Assembly (NCBI GenBank): GCA_028716565.1
Contig: JAQUPL010000001.1
Span: forward strand, 409,476-473,475
Source: Candidatus Omnitrophota bacterium
GTDB lineage: Bacteria > Omnitrophota > Gorgyraeia > Pluralincolimonadales > Pluralincolimonadaceae
Direction: 5' to 3'
Length of the DNA: 64,000 nt
In this document: in pieces, positions 38,089 to 47,749 of the stretch
How positions within the stretch are numbered: position 1 is the first letter of the stretch
Layout: each line of letters opens with the position of its first letter
Program-made: the position numbers and the translations under genes
Notes under the pieces: generated by a model
Database searches by the model: none
Told to the model about the DNA's origin: nothing
Seen by the model: the letters and a program-made list of their open reading frames with translations, nothing else

Positions 38089-38874
38089 CTAACGGTATCC
38101 CTTCATCAAACGGTCCTTAAGCATCAGGTTCTCGACCTTGCGGAGGTCTTCTTCGGTATCCACGCTGTATGTGTCGTATTTCGTCCGGACCATCTTTACC
38201 TTATAGCCGTGCTCCAGGACCCTGAGCATGTCTACGGATTCCACGACCTCAAGCGGCGTCATCTTCAGCTTATTGAACTTGATGAGGAAATCCCTCCTGA
38301 AAGGGATTATGCAGACCTGCTTATACATCGGGACCTCCTTTGCGCCTTTCTTCCAGGACGGGATAGGCTCACGCGAAAAATACAGGGCCGAACCTTCCAG
38401 GTCCGTCACTACTTTTACCGCATTGGGGTCTCCCTGCTCTTCCTGCGATTTCAGGGGCGCCATAAGGTTGACTATCTGGACGTCCTTATCCTTCAACATC
38501 GGCCTTATCGATTCCTGGATCATCTCGGGATAGATCATGGGCTCATCGCCCTGTATCATGACCACTATGTCCAGCCTCTTTCCGGTCTTCTTCTCTATCT
38601 TCAGCATCGCTTCAGCTGCCCTGTCGGATGCGCGCTCGTGCGTATCTTTGGTCATGACCGCATTCATGCCGTTTTTTTCGCAATACTCCTTTATCTCCTC
38701 ATCGCATGTGGCGATATATACGTCCTTAAGGGACTTCGCCAGCTTACTCCTTAGGTATACATGGCCCACCATCGGGATGCCGCAGATCCCGGCCATCGGT
38801 TTCCCCGGAAAGCGCGATGATGCCATGCGGGCCGGGATGATGCCTGCGATATTGATACTATGTTTTTTGTTCAC
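38089..38874 (-). CDS. kdsB: 3-deoxy-manno-octulosonate cytidylyltransferase (KdsB, CMP-Kdo synthetase) family
   Basis: IIPARMASSRFPGKPM, VVMIQGDEPMI, NAVKVVTDLEGSALYFSREPIP and LRVLEHG track KdsB closely. Confidence 0.7.
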   Translation of the reverse strand: MNKKHSINIAGIIPARMASSRFPGKPMAGICGIPMVGHVYLRSKLAKSLKDVYIATCDEEIKEYCEKNGMNAVMTKDTHERASDRAAEAMLKIEKKTGKRLDIVVMIQGDEPMIYPEMIQESIRPMLKDKDVQIVNLMAPLKSQEEQGDPNAVKVVTDLEGSALYFSREPIPSWKKGAKEVPMYKQVCIIPFRRDFLIKFNKLKMTPLEVVESVDMLRVLEHGYKVKMVRTKYDTYSVDTEEDLRKVENLMLKDRLMKGYR

Positions 38875-39626
38875 CTCAGCTCTCCTGTCACTTCAAGGCA
38901 TTTCCTGCCGAGATACAGGGAATCCAGCCCTACCGCCAGGAATTTATAACCTTTTTGCTTCAATTCCTTTGCCCTTTTTATATCCGGCTCTACCACATGG
39001 AATCCCATCGGCTTCTTCATCTTCCTGCAGACATCCTCATAACGCTTGATCGCTTTTTTGACTTCGGGCCTGTCAAATCGACCGGGATACCCAAGCGAAC
39101 CGGATAGGTCATACGGCCCTATTATCGAGCCGTCGATCCCGTCAACGGCAAGGATCTCCTCCAGGTTATCAACGCTTTCTATGTGTTCTACTTGGGCTAT
39201 GATTATGCTTTTCTCTCGCAGCCATTTCTTGTAACGCTCGAACCCAAAACCGTACCCCTGGGCCCTTGCCAGTCCTACGCCCCTTGTCCCTTTCGGCGGA
39301 TAATTCACCGCCTTTACCGCCGCCTCGGCGTCAAACCTCGTATTTACCATCGGGACTACCACGCCGTGGGCGCCCGCGTCCATCACTCTTTTTATAAGGC
39401 ATGGGTCATTTTCCCCTACCCGGACAAGAGGGACGACCCCGGACAACTCAATGGTCCGGATCAATTCCTGCGCCTCAGGCAAAGTCATGGCGGAGTGCTC
39501 CATATCCACAACAAGCCAGTCGAAGCCCGCCCTTGCCATTATCTCGGCGACGGCGGTATCCCCGATAGTAATCCAGGAACCTACGCTGTATTCATTCCTT
39601 CCCAATTTCTTTTTCAGGTCAACCAT
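38871..39626 (-). CDS. HpcH/HpaI-family class II (metal-dependent) pyruvate aldolase
   Basis: 251 aa (beta/alpha)8 protein with the DWLVVDMEHS, AHGVVVPMV and IAQVEHIESVDNLEEI family signatures. Overlaps the kdsB-like start by 4 nt. Confidence 0.7.
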   Translation of the reverse strand: MVDLKKKLGRNEYSVGSWITIGDTAVAEIMARAGFDWLVVDMEHSAMTLPEAQELIRTIELSGVVPLVRVGENDPCLIKRVMDAGAHGVVVPMVNTRFDAEAAVKAVNYPPKGTRGVGLARAQGYGFGFERYKKWLREKSIIIAQVEHIESVDNLEEILAVDGIDGSIIGPYDLSGSLGYPGRFDRPEVKKAIKRYEDVCRKMKKPMGFHVVEPDIKRAKELKQKGYKFLAVGLDSLYLGRKCLEVTGELR

Positions 39627-41445
39627 TATCGCCTCCCTCTGATTTTTGCCTCGCTATCCTTTTGAATGCCTCGGATCCTTTGGAGAGGTCCGAAAAAGTC
39701 CCTTCATCGACGATTTTCCCGCCGTCAATGACATAAATATGGTCGGCGTGCTCAAGCGTATGCAGCCGGTGCGTAACTATGATGACCGTCATCTTCCTTC
39801 CGAGGTTTTTCAGCGCATTATATACCTTCTCCTCGGTATTGCCGTCCAGCGCCGATGTGGCCTCGTCGAGGACCAGTATCTCCGGGTCCCTGTAGAGCGC
39901 CCTCGCGATGCCTATCCGCTGCTTTTGGCCTCCCGATATCCGCACACCTTTTTCGCCGACATGGGTATCGACCCCTGCGGGCAATTCTTTCACAAAATCT
40001 TCGAGCTGGGAGACCCTGATGACCTGCCGCAGCTTCTCAGCATCGACCTTTTCAGCGGGGACCCCGAATGCGATATTGGACGAGATACTCTCATCGGTAA
40101 GGAATATATTCTGGGGGATATACCCTATCGACCGGCGGTATTGCAGCATATTGCCCTTGTCAAGCGCCTGGTCCCGGTAAAAGATTTTGCCCTGGTCCGC
40201 GCCCAACAGGCCTACAATTATATCTACCAGGGTGCTCTTTCCCGCGCCTGTCTCGCCTGCAATAGCTACCGTGCTGCCCAGTGGGATGGAAATATTCAGG
40301 CCTTTAAAGATGGGCTGGGCCGCGGCCTTGTAGCGGAACGTGACATCATCCAGCCGCAAGGTCCTGGCTCCCGGCCCGGCACGCAGGGCCCTGCTACCGG
40401 CAGGCGCTGCCTCCAAATCTTCGATCTCATCCTTGAGTATTTCATGCACTATATTCAAACTGTTGAAACCGTATTGGAGATAGCTGATGCTTGAATATAT
40501 CTTGGTAAATGACGGAAGGAGCCTTAACGCTGCCACCGCGAGGACAACTAACACCGGTATTACCTCTGCGGGCGTCCTATGCATGTACGAACTGGCCAAT
40601 ATCATGGAAAGTATAAAAGCGAACAATATGAGTTCGAATATGTAACGCGGCAACCCCGAAAGGACCGAGAACTTCACGAACCCGTCCGCATATTTCCTGG
40701 TCACGTCATAATATTTTGATATGAAAAACTGCTGGGCGTTATAAAGTTTTATTTCCTTGATCGCGCCTAAAGATTCTAAAGCCACCTTGAACATCTTTCC
40801 GTTGAATAACTCCCGCTGGCTCGCATACCCATTTATGCGCTTTTTGAAAAAAATGTTCACCCATATGGCAACGATACCCACTACGGAAACAAGTATTACC
40901 ATCAACAGCGGATACAGGGCTAATAAGAACAGGGATATGCCTATGATTATTATGCTCTCCGAGACCACCGAGACGACCGGGTTCAGGAAATAATATACGA
41001 CGTTCGAGACCTCGGTGGAGACGTTCTTAAAGAGTGCGGCTGAATTGCTGTCGAGATAAAATGCGTAAGGTTTGGTCAAATATGCCCTTAAGGTCTCACT
41101 GCTAAGGCGGGAATATATGACTCCCATTACCTTCTGCTGATAGTAGAGCATTGCAGCCGAGTAAAGCGACTTAAATAAGAATATCAGGAATGCTGCGGCG
41201 ACCAGGATGGTAAGGAAAGACACTTCGTCCTTCGCGCCTGACATGACATAAAGGTCCGACAGTATCTTTGAAGAGTGTATCTTCTCCGGCGCAAGGAAGA
41301 GCCCCAGCACAGGGATCAGGATCCCTATGCTGAATATCTCCGATACCGATAATACGCACGCGCCGAGAGACAAGCCTAAAAGCTTCAGCTTCTCGCCCTT
41401 GGTCAGCATCCCCCTTATCTTAGTCAACGATCCTGTCTTTGGCAT
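39619..41445 (-). CDS. ABC transporter, fused permease/ATPase (MsbA/PglK-like exporter)
   Basis: N-terminal 6-TM domain, Walker A GETGAGKST, signature LSGGQKQR and Walker B ILVLDEATSALD. Confidence 0.8.
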   Translation of the reverse strand: MPKTGSLTKIRGMLTKGEKLKLLGLSLGACVLSVSEIFSIGILIPVLGLFLAPEKIHSSKILSDLYVMSGAKDEVSFLTILVAAAFLIFLFKSLYSAAMLYYQQKVMGVIYSRLSSETLRAYLTKPYAFYLDSNSAALFKNVSTEVSNVVYYFLNPVVSVVSESIIIIGISLFLLALYPLLMVILVSVVGIVAIWVNIFFKKRINGYASQRELFNGKMFKVALESLGAIKEIKLYNAQQFFISKYYDVTRKYADGFVKFSVLSGLPRYIFELILFAFILSMILASSYMHRTPAEVIPVLVVLAVAALRLLPSFTKIYSSISYLQYGFNSLNIVHEILKDEIEDLEAAPAGSRALRAGPGARTLRLDDVTFRYKAAAQPIFKGLNISIPLGSTVAIAGETGAGKSTLVDIIVGLLGADQGKIFYRDQALDKGNMLQYRRSIGYIPQNIFLTDESISSNIAFGVPAEKVDAEKLRQVIRVSQLEDFVKELPAGVDTHVGEKGVRISGGQKQRIGIARALYRDPEILVLDEATSALDGNTEEKVYNALKNLGRKMTVIIVTHRLHTLEHADHIYVIDGGKIVDEGTFSDLSKGSEAFKRIARQKSEGGDNG

Positions 41446-41464
41446 ATCCCCTCTGCGTTAAATA

Positions 41465-43327
41465 TTAATTGCGTAGGTATTCGATTATCCTGCTGCCGGC
41501 ATTCCCGTCGAGTTTCCCCATGTATTTGGCCGCGTGTTTCCCGAGGAAATCCTCCAGGAACCGGTTAAGATCTTCAGGGTCATCCAGGTTTTTCATTATG
41601 ATATCCATCAGCTCTTTCCCGGTTGACACCCTTAACACCTCTTCTCCGTTGATCCCGTTTAGCGGCGGGAGCAGGGTTTCGGGGTTGAAATAAGGCTCGA
41701 GGAAGACTGTCGGCACGCCCGCCGCCTGCGCTTCATAAAAACAGCTGGTTACGTTGGAGACAACCAGGTCCATGTCGTACACGACCCTGGAGAAAGGCGT
41801 GTCTTCAATATATACGAACTTCGATGTATCCACCTTGAAAAAATCAAAAAGATATTCAAAATACTTTTTTTCATAACCCGGATGGGGCTTGAAATAGACC
41901 TTCACATTACGGGAATTGAGCTCGCCGAATATAGAGAAGATCTCCTCGTAATACTTTTCCTGGTATGCGAACCGGTCCAAGTGGCTGTAAAAACCGTCCT
42001 CAAAGCTCAGGAACATTACGTTCCTGATCGAACTTACGTGCTTGACCTTGTCGGGGGTATAAATATCCAAAGACGGGTTTCCCAGCGCAACGTACCGGCT
42101 CGTGCCCGTGCCCTGCGAACGGTAGTAACCGGTAAAGAATTCTCCGGAACAGATGACCAGGTCGGACCTGCCCCTGTCGCATACTTTTTGGGCGTGGTTG
42201 CTCCCCTGGATACCGTGGTCTACCCATACTGACATGATGCCTGCCGACCTGCATGCGGCAATGACCGCCTGGAATTGTTCGTCGATCTCTTCAAATATTA
42301 TCATCTTCGAGATACCGAACTGCCTTACCGCTTTTCTCACCTTTCCCGCATACTCCATCAAACCGGGTATCACGCTGCGCACCAGGTCCTTGACCGCGGG
42401 GTAATATAAGAAACGGTAGTCTATGCCGTTGAATACAAAAAAGCCGTCGAGATATGCTCCTGCCCCTTCAACCAGGTATTTATTTTCGATCGACTCCAGA
42501 AATCTTCTTTCATCTTTATCAAGATTATATGAAACATCGTCGAACTGGAGAAAACGCGGATTCAGGAAACGGCGCGGGTTTAATACGTTCGAGCCGGACC
42601 CGCTAACTATGAACTTATCCGTCATGTGTTCCAGGATGCTGTTTATATTAAAATAGGAAAAGAAATATATGTTACCGCGTGACCCGGTTAGCGCGCTAAT
42701 GAGCGCGCTAACTTCTATCAACATGCCTTTTACGGCATCCTTTAGGCCGCGTACCAGAGTCTTACGGCTGCCTGCCTGCTTAAAAGATACGCATAGGGAC
42801 GGGATGTGAGTGGCCGGGACGATCGGGACGCATTCGCGTTCCAACTGCCTGCACACCTGCTCGACAAGGCGCACTTTATTAAAGAACCTTCCCTTGTCAT
42901 CGCCGCGAAGATAGAAACTGTTACTTGAAACAGAAAGGTCAAAGTAGACCTTTTGCGCTTCCGGCCAGCGCCTTATCGCTTTCCGGACGGCTTCACCGTA
43001 CTTCAGCAAGACCGTTAACATGTATTTCCGTGAAAATGTGATCCTTGCCATATCCCCGTAAGATATCCCCCCGTAGACGGAATGGTCTGTTCCGTCCCTC
43101 CGATACCAATCAAGCGCGAAATGGTCCGTGGCCGAATGGAGCGACTTATAATCAGCCGGGGTGAACAGGTCTTCGATAAAATAAAAAATATGCTTCCCGC
43201 CTTCTCTCTTCAGGCGCAGGTAGGCCAGGTAGTTGAAGCAGACCGTCACGTCGCTGCCCTCACGATATGCTGCGGACCCTTTGAAGGAATCTAGGGTGCG
43301 GTCATTTTCGACAAGGAACAAGTTCAT
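41465..43327 (-). CDS. hypothetical GT-B-like protein with KPHP motif (TagF or KpsC/KpsS-like), paralogous in layout to 29278..31005
   Basis: 620 aa. VYFKPHPGYEKKY followed by LVVSNVTSCFYEAQAAGVPTVFL. Confidence 0.35.
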   Translation of the reverse strand: MNLFLVENDRTLDSFKGSAAYREGSDVTVCFNYLAYLRLKREGGKHIFYFIEDLFTPADYKSLHSATDHFALDWYRRDGTDHSVYGGISYGDMARITFSRKYMLTVLLKYGEAVRKAIRRWPEAQKVYFDLSVSSNSFYLRGDDKGRFFNKVRLVEQVCRQLERECVPIVPATHIPSLCVSFKQAGSRKTLVRGLKDAVKGMLIEVSALISALTGSRGNIYFFSYFNINSILEHMTDKFIVSGSGSNVLNPRRFLNPRFLQFDDVSYNLDKDERRFLESIENKYLVEGAGAYLDGFFVFNGIDYRFLYYPAVKDLVRSVIPGLMEYAGKVRKAVRQFGISKMIIFEEIDEQFQAVIAACRSAGIMSVWVDHGIQGSNHAQKVCDRGRSDLVICSGEFFTGYYRSQGTGTSRYVALGNPSLDIYTPDKVKHVSSIRNVMFLSFEDGFYSHLDRFAYQEKYYEEIFSIFGELNSRNVKVYFKPHPGYEKKYFEYLFDFFKVDTSKFVYIEDTPFSRVVYDMDLVVSNVTSCFYEAQAAGVPTVFLEPYFNPETLLPPLNGINGEEVLRVSTGKELMDIIMKNLDDPEDLNRFLEDFLGKHAAKYMGKLDGNAGSRIIEYLRN

Positions 43328-44676
43328 CCGGCTGCGCGCCCGTCTTTATTGGCAAGGAAATATTTTGCGATATGGAGCATCTTATAATCATCATATTTTT
43401 TCGCCGCGACCTGCAAGCCGAAAGGCAATCCGTTCGGGCCCGTAAATGCCGGTATGTTCAAGACAGGGTAACCGAGGAATGTCCAGATCAGGCAGGTATC
43501 CGGCTTTTCCCTCTCGTCGATAAGGGGAGGCTCTCCGGAAGTGGACAGTGTCAACACCGCATCGTATCCCGCCAGTTCCTTCCCTATCCTTGCGCCGATC
43601 CGGACTTGCTCTCCTAACGCATCGGCATATTCGGCGCCTGTGATCCGGTTGCCCCGCTCTATTATCTCATACATCAATTCACTGATAAGCGTGTGCTGTT
43701 TAAACTCATCCTTGAAATAATAGGACAGTGTCTTGTCGTAGATCGTCGAGTGGATGTCATGTATCTTATTAAAATCTGCGGAGGGCTTGATCTTGACAAG
43801 CTCGACCTGCCCCTTCCCCTTCAGGCCGCGGATATACGAATCGAACGCATCCATCGCGTATTTTTCGAACTTATTAAAGACATGTATCCCGCCGGAAATG
43901 AAACCGACTTTGATCTTCCTGGAAAGTCTTATTGGGGAATTCCGGTCAAGGGTCGCGTTGACGAAAGGATAATTGCTCCCCCTCACCCTGATGACGTCAA
44001 AAAGCAGCTTGACGTCATCGACGGTCCTGGCCAGCAATCCGACCGTATCCAATGAATCCGTCGTCTTGAGCATGGCCGTCCTCGGGACCGTCCCGAACGT
44101 CGGCTTAAAACCGTATACCCCGCAATAGCTCGCCGGCCTTATTATCGAACCCGCGGTCTGGGTGCCTAAAGCTAACGGCACCATATACGAAGCGACGGCC
44201 GCAGCCGAACCGCTCGATGAAGTGCCGGGGGAATAACGGGGATCGTGCGGGTTAACCGTCTTATTCTTAGGCAGGTAATGGACTGCGAACTCTGCGCTGA
44301 CGGTCTTGCCCAGGACCAGCCCGTCCTGCATCCGGATAGAATGGACTACCCTTGCGTCGTTGCCGGGCGTAAAACCCTTCCATAAGGGGCTCCCCATAGC
44401 GGTAGGCATATCGCTGGTATTGAATATATCCTTCACTCCTACCGGGACCCCGGCCAATGACCCTAATTCCTTCTTCTTGTCAAGGCGCTTCGCATGCCTT
44501 ATTGCCGATTCCGGGTCTATATATTCCCAGGCCTTGACTACAGGGTCTTTTTCCGAGACCGCTTCCAGACAGTCGCGGCAGGCCTCTTCGACGCTTACTT
44601 TTTTACTCTTGATTTTCTTGATCAGCTCTGTCGCAGAAAGAAGGTTTAATTTCATATTTTTACCTTTTCGTATCAC
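43324..44676 (-). CDS. amidase-signature family enzyme
   Basis: GGSSSGSAAAVAS amidase signature. Confidence 0.7.
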   Translation of the reverse strand: MIRKGKNMKLNLLSATELIKKIKSKKVSVEEACRDCLEAVSEKDPVVKAWEYIDPESAIRHAKRLDKKKELGSLAGVPVGVKDIFNTSDMPTAMGSPLWKGFTPGNDARVVHSIRMQDGLVLGKTVSAEFAVHYLPKNKTVNPHDPRYSPGTSSSGSAAAVASYMVPLALGTQTAGSIIRPASYCGVYGFKPTFGTVPRTAMLKTTDSLDTVGLLARTVDDVKLLFDVIRVRGSNYPFVNATLDRNSPIRLSRKIKVGFISGGIHVFNKFEKYAMDAFDSYIRGLKGKGQVELVKIKPSADFNKIHDIHSTIYDKTLSYYFKDEFKQHTLISELMYEIIERGNRITGAEYADALGEQVRIGARIGKELAGYDAVLTLSTSGEPPLIDEREKPDTCLIWTFLGYPVLNIPAFTGPNGLPFGLQVAAKKYDDYKMLHIAKYFLANKDGRAAG

Positions 44677-45824
44677 GGGAGCAGCTTCGCCTTTTTGTCG
44701 CGCTTATCTTTCAGTATCTTCTCAAACTCCTTTTCGCTGTAACCCGTAATTTTAAGGTAGTAATCGAGCGATTTCGAGGGCCTTTGGGCGTCATGTTTCT
44801 TCGCCAGCTCAAAACCTTCCTCCCGCGTCAATAGCCCGGTGCGGACGTCGATCGAGGCGTGGTCGGTGCCCCTGCCGAATCCCCTCTTGATGAATTTGGA
44901 ATAATCGTGCATCCCTGCCATCCTGCATTCGGCGCTTTTGTATCCCTTGTAAGTCCCCTCGATCTTATCTTCGCGCCAGCCGAAATTGTCGCGGACGAAC
45001 TCTGTCTGTCTTTCGTCGTCCCAGAACATGTAGTCCCCAAGGTAGATACCTACGATGCCCGCCTTCTCGACCTCTTCTTTCGAAGGAAGGACATACCCGA
45101 GGACATCGCTTAAGGATATGTTTTTGTCTACCACCTCTTCCGCGTAGTATCTTGCCGATATCTTGGTGAAATAATCGCGGTCATACGGGATGGGATCGAA
45201 ATACGTAGCGCGGCCGTGATTCTCCCCGCCCGGCTCGCCCCATATCAGCAGCTTTATTTTGTATTTCACCGCTATCTGCAAAGGGAACGCCCCCACGCCG
45301 GCATGGCAATGCCAGCACGTGTCCCCTATAAGCTGCAGGGATTTCTTCGCCAGTTTATTGACCGCCGACCTTTTGGGCGTGAACATGATGTGGTCCACAT
45401 CAAATCTCTCTAGCGCGTTCTCGAGGTTATATTTGCCGGTCTCGCTGTACCAGTTATGGTTGAAGGTGACAGCCAAAGGGTTCAATTTGTATACCTGCGT
45501 CACAACATACAGCTGGAAGGTGCTGTCCTTTCCGCCGCTTATAGGGACGATACAGTCGTAATTGCTCCCGTCCTTTGAACGGTATTTCTCAAGGATCTTC
45601 CTCAGCTTCGCCTCCCTCTCCTTCCAGTTTATGTGTATCTTCTGTTCGGAAGAACGGCAGGGCTGGCAGATACCCATTTCGTCGAATGCCAGGCCTTCGG
45701 CCGTCTCCGGCATGCAGCAGCGGACACAGTATCTTATCTTCCCGTGAAAGAGCGGTTTGCCGTATCCGGCCTTTTTGGCCAACCGTTCGTAACGCGTCTG
45801 CTTAACGCGCTTTTTATCGCCCAT
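44673..45824 (-). CDS. N-acetyl sugar amidotransferase (WbpG/PseA/WbuX family PP-loop ATPase)
   Basis: CxxC zinc ribbon at the N-terminus and CIVPISGGKDST PP-loop. Confidence 0.7.
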   Translation of the reverse strand: MGDKKRVKQTRYERLAKKAGYGKPLFHGKIRYCVRCCMPETAEGLAFDEMGICQPCRSSEQKIHINWKEREAKLRKILEKYRSKDGSNYDCIVPISGGKDSTFQLYVVTQVYKLNPLAVTFNHNWYSETGKYNLENALERFDVDHIMFTPKRSAVNKLAKKSLQLIGDTCWHCHAGVGAFPLQIAVKYKIKLLIWGEPGGENHGRATYFDPIPYDRDYFTKISARYYAEEVVDKNISLSDVLGYVLPSKEEVEKAGIVGIYLGDYMFWDDERQTEFVRDNFGWREDKIEGTYKGYKSAECRMAGMHDYSKFIKRGFGRGTDHASIDVRTGLLTREEGFELAKKHDAQRPSKSLDYYLKITGYSEKEFEKILKDKRDKKAKLLP

Positions 45825-45830
45825 TTCCCG

Positions 45831-46388
45831 TCACCTCGCCTTCTTTCTTCTCATATACTCATCGCGCAATATGCCGTATTCTATGATATCCTGGTAGGCG
45901 CCGTCCTTTAAGAACGCCTGGCGCCTGCGGCCTTCCTTTTTCATCCCCATGTGGGCGGCCAGTCCTTGCATCGCGATATTTTTCTCGTTGGTCCCGCAGT
46001 AGACCCTGTGCAAATTAAGCGCCAGGAAAGCGTGCCGCAATAACAGGCCCGACGCTTCCTTGGCTATTCCCCTGCCCCAATACTTCTTCTCCCCGATGAT
46101 TATGGCAAATTCCCCATTTCTCGCTATCCAGTCGATCCCGTGCAATGCAATATTCCCGATATGCCGGTCGTTCTTTTTGGACACTATCGCGAGCACAAGG
46201 TCAGAGCCGCTGTTATTCACCCTGTCTACGTAACTTTCCGCCTTGGCGGCCGAGTTCGGGAAGCGCCCATGGGCGTTGTTGCGGCATACTTCCCGGTCGT
46301 TAAGCCACTGAGGATAATTGCCTTTAACATCACCCTTCTCAATAGCTCTGAGATAGATCTGTTTTCCTTCCAAAAATACGGATCTCAT
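45831..46388 (-). CDS. GNAT-family N-acetyltransferase
   Basis: RGRGIAKEASGLL acetyl-CoA binding motif; 185 aa. Confidence 0.65.
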   Translation of the reverse strand: MRSVFLEGKQIYLRAIEKGDVKGNYPQWLNDREVCRNNAHGRFPNSAAKAESYVDRVNNSGSDLVLAIVSKKNDRHIGNIALHGIDWIARNGEFAIIIGEKKYWGRGIAKEASGLLLRHAFLALNLHRVYCGTNEKNIAMQGLAAHMGMKKEGRRRQAFLKDGAYQDIIEYGILRDEYMRRKKAR

Positions 46389-47749
46389 GCGCTACTCCTT
46401 CTTTTTAGTTCGGAACGGTTCTCCCAGACTTTTTCGAAGGCTCTCACGACATCATCCAGGTCATTCTTCTTCATCCCGGCATGCATCAGGTCGTTTATAA
46501 AAAGTTCCGACCCGTACATCCGCTCTGCGACAGGACAGGACCCTTTCGAATAATCGGCCTTCCCTTTATAGAACTTCCTGCCAAACGGCAGGCCGGACCT
46601 GCCGTAGGCGATCCTCTTTTGGTACATCGGCTGCATATATAAGGGCCTGACGTATCCGCCCCATATGCGGACGCCAAGGTCTTCGGACTTTTCGGTAGGC
46701 GCAAGCTCGGCGCGGACCGCGTCGAGGAACAAGTCCCGCCCTACGCCTGCGGCCTCTTTATCGAATTTGAACGGTTGTATATAATACGCGTGCTCGCAAT
46801 GCGGCCTCTTGGGCGGGACGACTATCGCCGGTACGGCGCCCAGTTTTGATTCCAGGTACCGGCAATTATTCTGCCGGATCCCCAGCAGGCCCTTAAGCTT
46901 TTTCAACTGGCATATGCTTACCGCCGCTTCAAGCTCGGTCATCCTGAAATTGTAGCCTATCATGTTCACGAGGTTTTTTTGTTTTTTGTCTCCTACGACC
47001 GCTTCGGCGTGGTTACGGATAAGCCGCACCCGGTCGGCCAATTCATCGTTGTCCGTGACTACTATACCGCCTTCCCCACACTGGATATGCTTATGACAAT
47101 TCAAGGAGAATACGCCGATATCGGCCAGGGTCCCTGCGTACTTTCTTTTGTATCTTGCTCCGGGTGCCTGGGCGGCATCCTCTATTACTGCCAGCTTATG
47201 GCGCCGGGCTATCGCATTTATCCTGTCCGCGTCATAGGGTTGGCCGAATATATCGACAACTATTATAGCCCTGGTCCTGGACGTTATGCGCTCTTCCACC
47301 GATACCGGGTCGAGGCAAAAGTAATCTTCCTCTATATCGGCAAAGACCGGGACGCCCTGGAAAATAACGGCCGCCGTGGCCGAGGCTGACATGGTATAGG
47401 GTGAAACTATTACCTCGTCCCCAAGGCTTATCCCCGCTGCGCCTGCCGCGCAATAAAGTCCCGACGTACAGGAATTGACCGCAACAGCGTGCTTCACGCC
47501 GAAGTATTTTGCCCATTCACCTTCAAGCCGGCGCACCCCGGGACCGCCGAAAAAATACTTCTCATCCCATGATCCCAGGAATTCCGAAAGTACCCCGGAA
47601 TCTATGACTCCGCAAAGCGCCTTCTTCTCTTCCTTTCCTACTGTCCTATAAAAAGGAAAAAGCCTCTTGCGGACCGGCTTTCCGCCGTAAATCGCCAATC
47701 TGCTCATCTTCGCCCCTTCCTGGTTAATTCCGCCTTCGCGATCCCGCAA
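46385..47749 (-). CDS. DegT/DnrJ/EryC1/StrS-family PLP-dependent sugar aminotransferase
   Basis: DAAQAPGA...GVFSLNCHKHIQCGEGG with the PLP lysine. Probable true start MSRLAIYGG at about 47710. Confidence 0.8.
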   Translation of the reverse strand: MRDREGGINQEGAKMSRLAIYGGKPVRKRLFPFYRTVGKEEKKALCGVIDSGVLSEFLGSWDEKYFFGGPGVRRLEGEWAKYFGVKHAVAVNSCTSGLYCAAGAAGISLGDEVIVSPYTMSASATAAVIFQGVPVFADIEEDYFCLDPVSVEERITSRTRAIIVVDIFGQPYDADRINAIARRHKLAVIEDAAQAPGARYKRKYAGTLADIGVFSLNCHKHIQCGEGGIVVTDNDELADRVRLIRNHAEAVVGDKKQKNLVNMIGYNFRMTELEAAVSICQLKKLKGLLGIRQNNCRYLESKLGAVPAIVVPPKRPHCEHAYYIQPFKFDKEAAGVGRDLFLDAVRAELAPTEKSEDLGVRIWGGYVRPLYMQPMYQKRIAYGRSGLPFGRKFYKGKADYSKGSCPVAERMYGSELFINDLMHAGMKKNDLDDVVRAFEKVWENRSELKRRSSA

